Below are positions 10,614 to 17,965 of a stretch of DNA of 23,006 nucleotides, in pieces. The position numbers and the translations under genes are program-made. Under the pieces are notes generated by a model. The model was given only the letters and a program-made list of their open reading frames with translations. It searched no databases and was not told the origin of the DNA. Source of the stretch: a virus (lineage: Duplodnaviria; Heunggongvirae; Uroviricota; Caudoviricetes); IMG/VR virus record IMGVR_UViG_2617270967_000008; one strand, given 5' to 3'. The first letter of the stretch is position 1, and the number at the start of each line of letters is the position of its first letter.

Positions 10614-11076
10614 TTTCTTTCATTTCATCTGCTGCAAGCACCTCATTTTTTGTTGGGGTGCTTTTTTTCAATTCAGCGATATAGCACTCCAGTTTTTCAA
10701 TGCGTGATTCAATATCATCGTTTTCTGACCGCAATGCCGTCGGTGGCGTCTTCAGAGAACCAGTAATTATTCCCGGTAGTTTTCCTCTGTAGGTTATCAA
10801 CACATCCTGCGCCTCTAAAATTATGGGGCGCTTTTCCGGCAACGGACCATCCCCTTCACATAACCCGGCAGCAACATCCATGAAAAACTGCTTCGCCTGC
10901 TTTTTCGCCTCAGCTTCGTAAAACTCCAGCGTGGCATCTTCAGTACGGTCAAGACTAATCGCCACATCTGGCAACAACAGTGACGGATACCCACCAATTT
11001 CCAGTGCCACAGTAACAGTAATCTTATTCGGGTAATTATTTATCCCTTTAACAACCAGTTCGTATTTTTTCTTCAT
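10546..11076 (-). CDS. Hypothetical 176-aa soluble protein inserted between holin and endolysin
   Basis: ATG 11076 lies 4 nt after the holin stop with GGGGAGAG upstream (translational coupling); no TM or signal peptide; predicted coiled-coil C-terminus; no family recognised. Confidence 0.6.
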   Translation of the reverse strand: MKKKYELVVKGINNYPNKITVTVALEIGGYPSLLLPDVAISLDRTEDATLEFYEAEAKKQAKQFFMDVAAGLCEGDGPLPEKRPIILEAQDVLITYRGKLPGIITGSLKTPPTALRSENDDIESRIEKLECYIAELKKSTPTKNEVLAADEMKETILDRAAHLSCASLLKEHLQQP

Positions 11077-11080
11077 CGCT

Positions 11081-11296
11081 TTACTCTCCCCGCGCCGCCT
11101 TACGACGGTCCTCTCTGATTTTGAAATACAGGTTAGTCAGATATGTCAGCAGCCCAAACAGCAGACTTCCCAGTACGCCTATTGCCGCCCACTGAGACGG
11201 GGAAACCCTGTCCAGCAGCTGCAGGAACCAGTAGCCCGTCCCCACCGCTGACGTGGTGTATGACACACCTGTTGTGATTTTTTCCATCTGGTACAT
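11081..11296 (-). CDS. Class II holin/pinholin of the phage 21 S type, with dual-start motif (M1...M4)
   Basis: 71 aa, ...[50 protein letters not shown], resembles S21 pinholin and K-12 EssD-type holins; two TM segments. Confidence 0.85.
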   Translation of the reverse strand: MYQMEKITTGVSYTTSAVGTGYWFLQLLDRVSPSQWAAIGVLGSLLFGLLTYLTNLYFKIREDRRKAARGE

Positions 11297-11371
11297 ACCC
11301 CGTCTCCCGCAATCCGGAAGCTCACAACAACAAGAGGGGCATCAGCTCACACCGACAGCCCCTGCGCATGG

Positions 11372-11641
11372 TTACATCATCATTTCGCCGTCAGGCTGAG
11401 GCTCACTGCTACCATCAGGCTGAGACCCGACGCCATCTGAAACAGCACTGTCATCCGCAATGCCTTCCGGCTCCGGAACAGTCGGTGCGCCCAGCAGTTC
11501 ATCCAGAATGGCATCCACTTCTGCATCAAGACGCGCCTCAAGGTTCTGCCGAAGTTGCTGTTTCAGTGCGCTTCTGACTTCTTCAGAGCGCAGGACTTCC
11601 TTCACTGCTTCAGCAGTGACCAGCGATTTTATTTCTGACAT
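11372..11641 (-). CDS. Hypothetical acidic 89-aa protein upstream of the holin
   Basis: ORF from ATG 11641 (MSEIKSLV...); helical N-terminus, acidic Pro/Glu/Asp-rich tail; weak RBS. Confidence 0.4.
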   Translation of the reverse strand: MSEIKSLVTAEAVKEVLRSEEVRSALKQQLRQNLEARLDAEVDAILDELLGAPTVPEPEGIADDSAVSDGVGSQPDGSSEPQPDGEMMM

Positions 11642-11678
11642 GGTATTTTCTCGTTGAAAGGTGTTGTTAAGAAAGTTG

Positions 11679-11861
11679 CTACGGAATGAGAGGCTCTTCG
11701 GGTTTTGTTCCGGCTGACTGACTGGCACTGATTTTCTCAGCGGCCCTTTTGTCAATCTGCCTGCGCCAGAAATCTCTCACGACTCTGTACCCACCAGAAA
11801 GAAGATACAGCACACAAACTGCTGTACAGAAATACAACATAATCAGCTGTAAAAATGTCAT
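11679..11861 (-). CDS. Hypothetical 60-aa membrane peptide
   Basis: ORF with hydrophobic N-terminus (LIMLYFCTAVCVLYLLSG); overlaps the next ORF in another frame. Confidence 0.3.
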   Translation of the reverse strand: MTFLQLIMLYFCTAVCVLYLLSGGYRVVRDFWRRQIDKRAAEKISASQSAGTKPEEPLIP

Positions 11862-12009
11862 TATTCATCTCCATTATTGACATGGTCAATGCCTGCCAGT
11901 AAAAAACTCCTGCATTTTTTGCTCAGCATATTTTTGCTAAGGATGTAGCGACTTCTGCCGCCGGTTCTGGCTCCTTGTTTTCCCTGCCACGGCGGTCTTT
12001 TTTTCCTGC

Positions 12010-13953
12010 TTACGGGTTATTCACTTCCACTGTTATACTTTCAATCAGCACCGGGTAAGTCGCATTTTTAGTGATATCGGTCACGCGCAACTTGTCTGCC
12101 GTAAACGTGCCGACCGGAGACTGCGACAGCATGAATGGTGTCCCGTCCTTACCATCAATGACCGGCGTCACCTCAATACTGTTGTTACCGGCAAAACGGA
12201 AGCCCAGCGTATGCCATTCGTTATTAAATGCGCCGAATGACCCCAGCTTCGTGTTCTGCGCCGTGTTTCCTTTGTGATACATCACGTTAAGGTCTGTGGC
12301 ATCGCTCTGTACGTAGAACGATGCCAGCAGGTTATGACCGGCATTACCTTCCAGTGTGACCCCCTGAGGCAGGGAAGAAACCGGCCAGTACAGCGCCAGT
12401 GCGTACTGATTAGCCGTAAGCGCGCCATCGAGTTTAAAACGACAACTGACAAGACCACCTTTACCCAGCAGGTCCGCACCATTACCAGCATCATGCTCAA
12501 GGTACCAGGGGGCTCTTCCTGTTTCCTTGGTCAGTTTCATTGCCTTACCCCCGCTGGCTCCGGCATCATCCACGATTTGAGCCTTGCCACCTCCGGCAGC
12601 CCAACCCTGTGGTGTCAACCGTCCTTCAGACTCAGATGCCCGGTAAGCAAATAGCGTACTCATCGTCGTGGTGTCTGCGGGTGGCGTGGACGGTTTTGAT
12701 GGTGTATCAGGTGACGGCTTCTCATCCGGTGGTGTCACGGTCTGCCCGCGCATCAGTTCAGCCGTGCGCCCTGCATGGAGCATAATAGCTGAGGCCAGAC
12801 GGTCTGAAATGACGCCCCTGCGTGCCCATGAGCTGAAATGGCTGTCACGCTGTGTCGAAACAAAACTGCCCTGGGTTCGGGATGCTGCACCGTAATACCC
12901 GACAGCCACAATATCCGGGTCTTCCGCCGGAGCATTCGTTGGCGTGCTCTGTCCATTCTCATCCGTCAGGAACGGTACAAAGAAAATATTCTGTGCTTCC
13001 CTGCCCTTGTAACCGCCATATACCGCCTCATATTTATCGGCGTTAAGATTCTTCCAGTAATACGTGGTGTCACCACAAATCCACGGCACCGAGCCAGCAC
13101 TTCCGCCAACACACTGTGCAGAATATGCAGCCATATCAGCCCTGAACTGCTGCACCATAGTGGTAAACAGGCCGCTGTGCTGCTGACTGCCGTCCGCAAG
13201 ATCATTTTCCCCCTGCATCCATACCACGGCCAGAAGCCTGTTTTTCGGGTTCTTCGACAGCGCCGCTTTTGTACGGAAGAGAAAATCCTGATACAGCGGT
13301 TTACCCACTCCCCAGCGGGCTGAATTTGCCGATGCGCCAGACGTTTCGCTGAACGTGCCGTCATTACCCACGGTTAAACCAGACCCGCCACGGCAACAGG
13401 GCACCAGAAGAATCCCGGCATTCTGCGGGATATAAGGCAGAAGTTTTTTGGCAATATGCAGCCCCTGACCGACAGTCCCGTACTGGCCCTTACTCAGGTC
13501 TGCATGAGGATGGTTAAGTGCGCTCATGTCCTGAACATCATGCAGACAGTGGTCTGCCGGAATAACGTCATTGTATGCACAGGTATCACCACCCGGCGTC
13601 ACAGTGCTGCGACGGGCCAGCTGCTTAATACGGGAGTCAGGGCGATCATAGGTCTCCGGCAGAGGAAGCCCCTCACCATAGGCCATACCGTTCGACTGCC
13701 CGGCCAGGGGAATAACGTAGTAATACTCCGGTTCAGTGGTAGCCACTCCCGGAGAGCCACCAGCCCCTGTGTCGGGCACAACCACAGGCGTGGTCACATC
13801 ACCCTCTGCGGCAATGGCCTGCATCAGTGTATAAGGCGTGATAGCCACAGGACTGCCAAACGGCTGCCAGCCTTCCTTCAGTTTTTGTGTCAGTCGCTCC
13901 GCAAGGTCTGACGGCGACGCCGCCCTGACCACGTCATAGTGTTTAAATGCCAT
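12010..13953 (-). CDS. nanS: Prophage sialate O-acetylesterase (NanS-p-like; the large ORF that follows stx in Stx phages)
   Basis: N-terminus MAFKHYDVVRAASPSDLAERLTQKLKEGWQPFGSP is the characteristic start of these esterases as I recall; about 647 aa; strong RBS AAGGGGAGGA before ATG 13953. Confidence 0.8.
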   Translation of the reverse strand: MAFKHYDVVRAASPSDLAERLTQKLKEGWQPFGSPVAITPYTLMQAIAAEGDVTTPVVVPDTGAGGSPGVATTEPEYYYVIPLAGQSNGMAYGEGLPLPETYDRPDSRIKQLARRSTVTPGGDTCAYNDVIPADHCLHDVQDMSALNHPHADLSKGQYGTVGQGLHIAKKLLPYIPQNAGILLVPCCRGGSGLTVGNDGTFSETSGASANSARWGVGKPLYQDFLFRTKAALSKNPKNRLLAVVWMQGENDLADGSQQHSGLFTTMVQQFRADMAAYSAQCVGGSAGSVPWICGDTTYYWKNLNADKYEAVYGGYKGREAQNIFFVPFLTDENGQSTPTNAPAEDPDIVAVGYYGAASRTQGSFVSTQRDSHFSSWARRGVISDRLASAIMLHAGRTAELMRGQTVTPPDEKPSPDTPSKPSTPPADTTTMSTLFAYRASESEGRLTPQGWAAGGGKAQIVDDAGASGGKAMKLTKETGRAPWYLEHDAGNGADLLGKGGLVSCRFKLDGALTANQYALALYWPVSSLPQGVTLEGNAGHNLLASFYVQSDATDLNVMYHKGNTAQNTKLGSFGAFNNEWHTLGFRFAGNNSIEVTPVIDGKDGTPFMLSQSPVGTFTADKLRVTDITKNATYPVLIESITVEVNNP

Positions 13954-14040
13954 TATTCCTCCCCTTTCCGGGATTTTCCTCAACAGTTGCGGGCCACGGT
14001 CCGGCTACACGGAGAATCAAAAGAGGAGAACCGCAGCCCG

Positions 14041-14072
14041 CAAAACGAAAAAGGCCGCGCAGTTGCGCAGCC
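14041..14072 (-). terminator. Rho-independent terminator upstream of nanS-p
   Basis: Minus-strand GGCUGCGC-aacu-GCGCGGCC 8-bp stem followed by UUUUUCGUUUUG. Confidence 0.65.
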
Positions 14073-14133
14073 TTATCACAGATGGTAAAAATCAGAACAC
14101 GATAATAAAAATACCTGATGTATATTCATGCGA

Positions 14134-14165
14134 CCCGCCCGCCACTCACTGCGGGCTTTTTTTTG
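14134..14165 (+). terminator. Plus-strand hairpin followed by T8
   Basis: CCCGC-cactcact-GCGGG then TTTTTTTT on the + strand; the opposite orientation to the surrounding genes. Confidence 0.5.
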
Positions 14166-14171
14166 CCCATA

Positions 14172-14199
14172 GAAAAGCCCCTCCGGAGAGGGGCTTTTT
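14172..14199. terminator. Bidirectional rho-independent terminator
   Basis: AGCCCCTC-cgga-GAGGGGCT flanked by AAAA and TTTT. Confidence 0.65.
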
Positions 14200-14439
14200 A
14201 CAGTGGTAGTGTAGACAATTTTGCATGGTGCCGGGTGCCTCCCGGTGAGTTCAGTATCAGCACCTGAACCCGCACAGAAAGGATAAGGGTCGGTGACAAA
14301 ACACCAGTTGCTGATTGCCCCTCCGCACAGGGGGATTCACCATGCCAGTTTCTTTTAACAAACTCCCCGCAAACCAGACAACAGTCAACCGCCTGAATTG
14401 TGAGGTATTTAAAAATTTCAACGGGTAACTGATACCCTG

Positions 14440-14613
14440 CTAATCGCCTGATGCTTTCTTTTTCAGCAACGGGAAAGCAACAACCACCACACCCGCCACC
14501 AGCACACCGTCAGCCAGCACTGACATTATCCGGCTGCTGAAGTCCACCATCACCACCATCACTACCAGAAACAGCAGGAGCGCAACCACAGCCAGACGCA
14601 TTTTTACCGTCAC
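14440..14613 (-). CDS. Small two-TM hydrophobic peptide (~57 aa) translationally coupled to the TerB-like gene
   Basis: GTG 14613..14611 overlaps the TerB stop (GTGA) with GGAGA 7 nt upstream; an ATG lies at 14601; own translation MRLAVVALLLFLVVMVVMVDFSSRIMSVLADGVLVAGVVVVAFPLLKKKASGD. Below the ORF-track size cutoff. Confidence 0.45.
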   Translation of the reverse strand: MTVKMRLAVVALLLFLVVMVVMVDFSSRIMSVLADGVLVAGVVVVAFPLLKKKASGD

Positions 14614-15041
14614 AGATGATTCTCCAGACGAAGGCCCAGAACACCGGCAATCTCTTCCAGCACCTTGCGCTCTTCCGGCTCTATTTCGCCGTCTGCTTCG
14701 GCAATGGCCACCGCCACATCCAGCACGTCTTCCGCTTCACGCGTATCGTGTTTCACATCCTCGATCTCACGTAACGCCGCTCGACGACCAATTTTAAAGT
14801 TCGTATCCAGCTGACCGATAATGGTTGCGCTAATCGCATTAATTTCTGACGTAAACGCGGACAACGCAGGCTGGTTACGCAAGACCTGCTCGATCTTCGC
14901 TTTCTCTGAAGCCTCACATTCACCATCTGCATAGGCCACCAGATAGGCAGCATTAATAACCGCCTGTGCCAGATCACGTTTCTCAAACTTTTTAATTTCC
15001 ACTGCCGCTCGGCGGGCTTTTTTACCAAAAATACCAAACAT
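14610..15041 (-). CDS. TerB-domain (tellurite-resistance TerB-like) protein, cargo at the stx-equivalent position
   Basis: Two ADG-containing helix pairs (AAYLVAYADGECEASEKAKI and VAVAIAEADGEIEPEERKVLEEIAGVLG) typical of TerB; start at ATG 15041 (MFGIFGKK) with AAGGAA 8 nt upstream. Confidence 0.7.
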   Translation of the reverse strand: MFGIFGKKARRAAVEIKKFEKRDLAQAVINAAYLVAYADGECEASEKAKIEQVLRNQPALSAFTSEINAISATIIGQLDTNFKIGRRAALREIEDVKHDTREAEDVLDVAVAIAEADGEIEPEERKVLEEIAGVLGLRLENHL

Positions 15042-15181
15042 CGTGACGTTCCTTTGGGTGGGTGAGCCAACGCCCGGGAGCGATCTGCCCACAGAGAAAG
15101 TCACACTGACCACTCCGTAAGCTCACCCCCGAAAGGCTCTGTGGTTGATATGCGCCGGGCGTGGCGCGGATACAAAAAAGG

Positions 15182-15210
15182 CCCGCAAAAGCGAGCCGGG
15201 AAAAATAAGT
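15182..15210 (-). terminator. Terminator after the tRNA cluster
   Basis: Minus-strand GGCUCGC-uuuu-GCGGGCC (one G-U pair) followed by UUUUUUGU. Confidence 0.55.
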
Positions 15211-15211
15211 C

Positions 15212-15288
15212 TGGCGCGTTGTACTGGATTCGAACCAGTGACCGATTGCTTAGAAGGCAATTGCTCTGTCCGGCTGAGCTAACAACGC
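15212..15288 (-). tRNA. tRNA-Arg (anticodon UCU)
   Basis: Hand-folded cloverleaf: acceptor GCGTTGT/ACAACGC, D-arm GCTC/GAGC, anticodon loop CTTCTAA, T-arm ACTGG-TTCGAAT-CCAGT, discriminator G, encoded CCA. Confidence 0.85.
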
Positions 15289-15304
15289 AGGATACAGATA
15301 ATGA

Positions 15305-15378
15305 ACCGCCTTCGGGGATCCGAACTCCGCGCAACCAGCTTCGAAGGCTGGCGCTCTTTCCTGATGAGCTAATGGCGG
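15305..15378 (-). tRNA. tRNA-Arg-like (anticodon UCG) with non-canonical features; possibly degenerate
   Basis: Hand fold: D-arm GCTC/GAGC, anticodon arm CCAGC-CTTCGAA-GCTGG; T-loop TTCGGAT with one A-C mismatch in the T-stem; acceptor 6/7 paired, starts C1-G72, no encoded CCA. Confidence 0.5.
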
Positions 15379-15385
15379 TATGTGA

Positions 15386-15461
15386 TGGTGGCCCTTGCTG
15401 GATTTGAACCAGCGACCTGGCGATTATGAGTCGCTCGCTCTCACCACTGAGCTAAAGGGCC
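15386..15461 (-). tRNA. tRNA with anticodon CAU, resembling E. coli tRNA-Ile2 (ileX-like) rather than tRNA-Met
   Basis: Hand fold: acceptor GGCCCTT/AAGGGCC, anticodon loop CTCATAA, T-arm GCTGG-TTCAAAT-CCAGC, encoded CCA; overall resemblance to ileX as recalled. Confidence 0.8.
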
Positions 15462-15489
15462 GAGCCAAAAAATAATAATCAGATGAAAA

Positions 15490-16203
15490 TCAATAATCAA
15501 GCCCTTGCCTGGATACATATCTGTCTGGCGGGAAGCCATAATAGCGGTGAAATACAGAAATAAAGTAGGACCTGCTTGAATAACCGCATTTTTCTGCTAT
15601 AGCCTGTCCATATCCATGCCGGGAACATAACATATTTACAGCAACACGCATCCGCTCTTCCAGCAACAAGCGACTGAACATGCCCCCTTCATTTTTCAGT
15701 TTTGTCTTTAACAAACTCTCACTCATATGCAACTGTAGAGCAATCGCACAAAGCGTCCAGCTTGCTGATATATCTGTCTGAATTATCGCCCTGACTTTGG
15801 CACTTATGCTGGATAAACATCCACTTAAAAACAATGACATCCGTTCATCTGTTTCAAACAGAGACAGGCAGGCCATCATAAGAAACATATCCGTGGCCTC
15901 TCCGGAAAATCCCTGGCTGGTAATTAAAGCCGCAGCCAACGCAGGATTGTTGGGTTCCAGCAACAGGTAAAGCGGAATGTCAGTCAGACGAGTCCTCGTC
16001 AGCTTATGCTGACTTTCCAGATATTGACTTACGACGGATTCGCTTATATCGACAATTTTAACTTTGCCATAATGCATAAGGAAAAGCTCCCTGATGCATT
16101 TGGTGGCCAGAACAACTGAGCCTGGCTTAAGTGACAACGTATCCTTTTCAAGAAAAATATTAATTGGGGAGCAAACCATGATAACTGAACAGACAACAGC
16201 CAT
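15490..16203 (-). CDS. AraC/XylS-family transcriptional regulator (AppY/EnvY-like; prophage regulatory cargo)
   Basis: C-terminal double-HTH (...LLKTKLKNEGGMFSRLLLEERMRVAVNMLCS...AEKCGYSSRSYFISVFHRYYGFPP) resembles EnvY/AppY; N-terminus MAVVCSV like AppY MDYVCSV; AT-rich. Confidence 0.85.
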   Translation of the reverse strand: MAVVCSVIMVCSPINIFLEKDTLSLKPGSVVLATKCIRELFLMHYGKVKIVDISESVVSQYLESQHKLTRTRLTDIPLYLLLEPNNPALAAALITSQGFSGEATDMFLMMACLSLFETDERMSLFLSGCLSSISAKVRAIIQTDISASWTLCAIALQLHMSESLLKTKLKNEGGMFSRLLLEERMRVAVNMLCSRHGYGQAIAEKCGYSSRSYFISVFHRYYGFPPDRYVSRQGLDY

Positions 16204-16237
16204 TATAATTTTACTTTCATTAGCAATTGGTTAGCTC

Positions 16238-16268
16238 AATTATAGCCCCAAAAGGTAAATTATCATCA
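16238..16268 (-). promoter_or_regulatory. Putative sigma-70 promoter for the AraC-family gene (-10 TATAAT, -35 TTGATG, 19-bp spacer)
   Basis: Minus strand reads TTGATGataatttaccttttggggcTATAAT about 30 nt upstream of the start codon. Confidence 0.5.
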
Positions 16269-16321
16269 ACACATAAGCAAAGGACTGACAGGTGTCGCCC
16301 CCCACCAGCCGCCCATTCACC

Positions 16322-16350
16322 ACAAATAAAAAGCCTTCAGGACTGAAGGC
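16322..16350 (-). terminator. Terminator overlapping the 3' end of the small wHTH gene
   Basis: Minus-strand GCCUUCAG/CUGAAGGC hairpin followed by UUUUUAUUU. Confidence 0.6.
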
Positions 16351-16534
16351 GTCTGTAACAACCGCACTGATAGTCTGCCAGACCCACCATAACAAGCTGG
16401 GTCAGTATTAACTGGCAGCGTTCGCGTGAAAGGTAAGTATTCTGCGCAATCTCCCCGACGGTCGCCGGTTCGGTGACGCTTAATTCATTAAACACCACTC
16501 TGGCGGTTTCTGTCATATCCTGCTGTTTTAGCAT
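16337..16534 (-). CDS. Small (65-aa) putative winged-helix DNA-binding protein, first ORF after pR'/tR'
   Basis: ATG 16534 (MLKQQDMTE...) with GGAAAAGGGA upstream; TVGEIAQNTYLSRERCQLILTQLVMVGLA resembles an HTH recognition helix. Confidence 0.45.
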   Translation of the reverse strand: MLKQQDMTETARVVFNELSVTEPATVGEIAQNTYLSRERCQLILTQLVMVGLADYQCGCYRRLQS

Positions 16535-16656
16535 GTCTTTTTCCCTTTTCCGGTTAACGTGACACACCAATAACTCTTGTCGAAAAAGCCAGCAAGCTGA
16601 AAGACAGGTATTCACCGCCACCAGCGCGTTTACTGTACTGACGCGATTTCAGTCAT

Positions 16657-16680
16657 AAAAACCCCGCCAGGCGGCGGGGT
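16657..16680 (-). terminator. tR'-like terminator immediately downstream of pR'
   Basis: Minus-strand CCCCGCC-gccu-GGCGGGG followed by UUUUU. Confidence 0.7.
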
Positions 16681-16685
16681 GTAAA

Positions 16686-16755
16686 AAATCTTCTAACGTC
16701 AGGCATAAAACGCCCATCGTTAGAGCAAATTTACCACAGATTCGGGAAAAATCAA
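16686..16755 (-). promoter_or_regulatory. Late promoter pR' with qut-like region (-35 TTGATT at 16755-16750, -10 TAAATT at 16733-16728)
   Basis: Minus strand GGTAAATTTGCTCTAACGATGGG closely matches the lambda pR' region GGTAAATTTGACTCAACGATGGG as recalled; starts 6 nt after the Q stop. Confidence 0.75.
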
Positions 16756-16760
16756 CAACA

Positions 16761-17582
16761 CTATCGCGTTACCCTCTTTAACTGCCGCTCCGCCCATGCC
16801 TCTTCAATGTCAAACCGAACCACCAACGTATCGTAAAAGCGTTTCACTGATTTTTTCCACGTATCAAGCGTGATAGCACTCGTCACTTTGCATATGGCAT
16901 TAAATGCCTCCGTTGATGGTAGTCTTTCACAGCCACGACCACCACAACGCTGGCAGTCTCTGATAACAGGCATACCACGTTTTACCGACTCTTCACGATG
17001 AATGGCGACACCACGCCCACGGCAATCCTTACAGGCGGTGGAAACCTCACCCTTTCCGCCACACTCCGGACAGGCAACTTTTACCACCTCCCTGACTTTT
17101 TTCCATTCTTCCCAGTAAGACGGATACACACCTTTCGTACACTTTGCCCATACCGGCGGCTTACCATCCGGATACTGGACCTTGTTTGTAAAAACTACGC
17201 TTTCAATAAATTTTTCCCCATAGCAACAAGGGCACTGCTTTTTACTCGCTGCGCTGCGGGCATAATCCTCAAAAGCGTACGAAGCCATAATGCGCATCAC
17301 TACCGGTTTTATTTCTGCCGGGAGTTTTCTTAACGCCGCCACGCGATCACACCGACTGAGTGCATATTCTGTCAGCAATTCTGTTGCCCGCTCTCTGTCA
17401 TTCATACTAATGCCCATTTTACCAAGGAACGCAGAAAACCCCATCTCAGCCCGATTCTGTGTCATGCCCTGCGCGGCCATCACATCAGTGATACTCAGCG
17501 CATCTTTCGACGTTGAGGCCGATGCATCAGTCAGGCCGGGGGATTTTGGGGAGTAGTATTTCGGTAAATCTTCCAGTTTCAT
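16761..17582 (-). CDS. Q: Late-gene antiterminator Q (lambda Q family)
   Basis: Alignable to lambda Q at the N-terminus (YSPKSPGLTD...DVMAAQGM), zinc-binding cysteines, and C-terminus (TLDTWKKSVKRFYDTLVV...LKRVTR); 273 aa with insertions. Confidence 0.85.
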   Translation of the reverse strand: MKLEDLPKYYSPKSPGLTDASASTSKDALSITDVMAAQGMTQNRAEMGFSAFLGKMGISMNDRERATELLTEYALSRCDRVAALRKLPAEIKPVVMRIMASYAFEDYARSAASKKQCPCCYGEKFIESVVFTNKVQYPDGKPPVWAKCTKGVYPSYWEEWKKVREVVKVACPECGGKGEVSTACKDCRGRGVAIHREESVKRGMPVIRDCQRCGGRGCERLPSTEAFNAICKVTSAITLDTWKKSVKRFYDTLVVRFDIEEAWAERQLKRVTR

Positions 17583-17956
17583 TTTTTGACCTGCCCTTCA
17601 AGCATTATGGGGTAAATCTTCACCCCCAGACGTCCACCAGATACTGGCTGACCACGAACGATATTGATTTCATCAAACTGCTCATCGTCCATTAACACTC
17701 CCGCATGCGTCAGCGCATCCAGCGGTGCTTTCAGGATATTGTCCAGGTCGCGACGACGCTTATCCGGAAGCTCTGCAATCACCTTTATCGCCAGCCTTCC
17801 GGACAGGCTTAATTTCAGCCGCTGCTGGCGAACAATAAGCGCCACAGCCCGGCGATAACGCTTTCCCTCCTCCGAGATAAAATATGTGCTGCCACGGCGT
17901 CGCCAGTAAGTGTTCACCGTCGGCGGGTAAGGTAAAACCAAATCTATGAGCATCAC
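17579..17956 (-). CDS. rusA: Holliday-junction resolvase RusA
   Basis: 125 aa; PDKRRRDLDNILKAPLDALTHAGVLMDDEQ matches the RusA catalytic core; 4-nt overlap with the Q start. Confidence 0.85.
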   Translation of the reverse strand: MMLIDLVLPYPPTVNTYWRRRGSTYFISEEGKRYRRAVALIVRQQRLKLSLSGRLAIKVIAELPDKRRRDLDNILKAPLDALTHAGVLMDDEQFDEINIVRGQPVSGGRLGVKIYPIMLEGQVKK

Positions 17957-17965
17957 TCACCTCTT

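Noticed and set aside
15051-15125. Long-range inverted repeat (GGGTGAGC ... GCTCACCC) in the 5' leader of the TerB-like gene, as a possible riboswitch or attenuator
   Set aside because: Only a single imperfect stem was seen and it matches no known riboswitch consensus; too weak to call without a folding calculation.
13984-15211. Shiga toxin genes stxA/stxB at the canonical slot between the phage tRNAs and nanS-p
   Set aside because: No ORF of StxA size (~319 aa) or StxB signature is present; the slot is occupied by the TerB-like gene, a small peptide and terminators.
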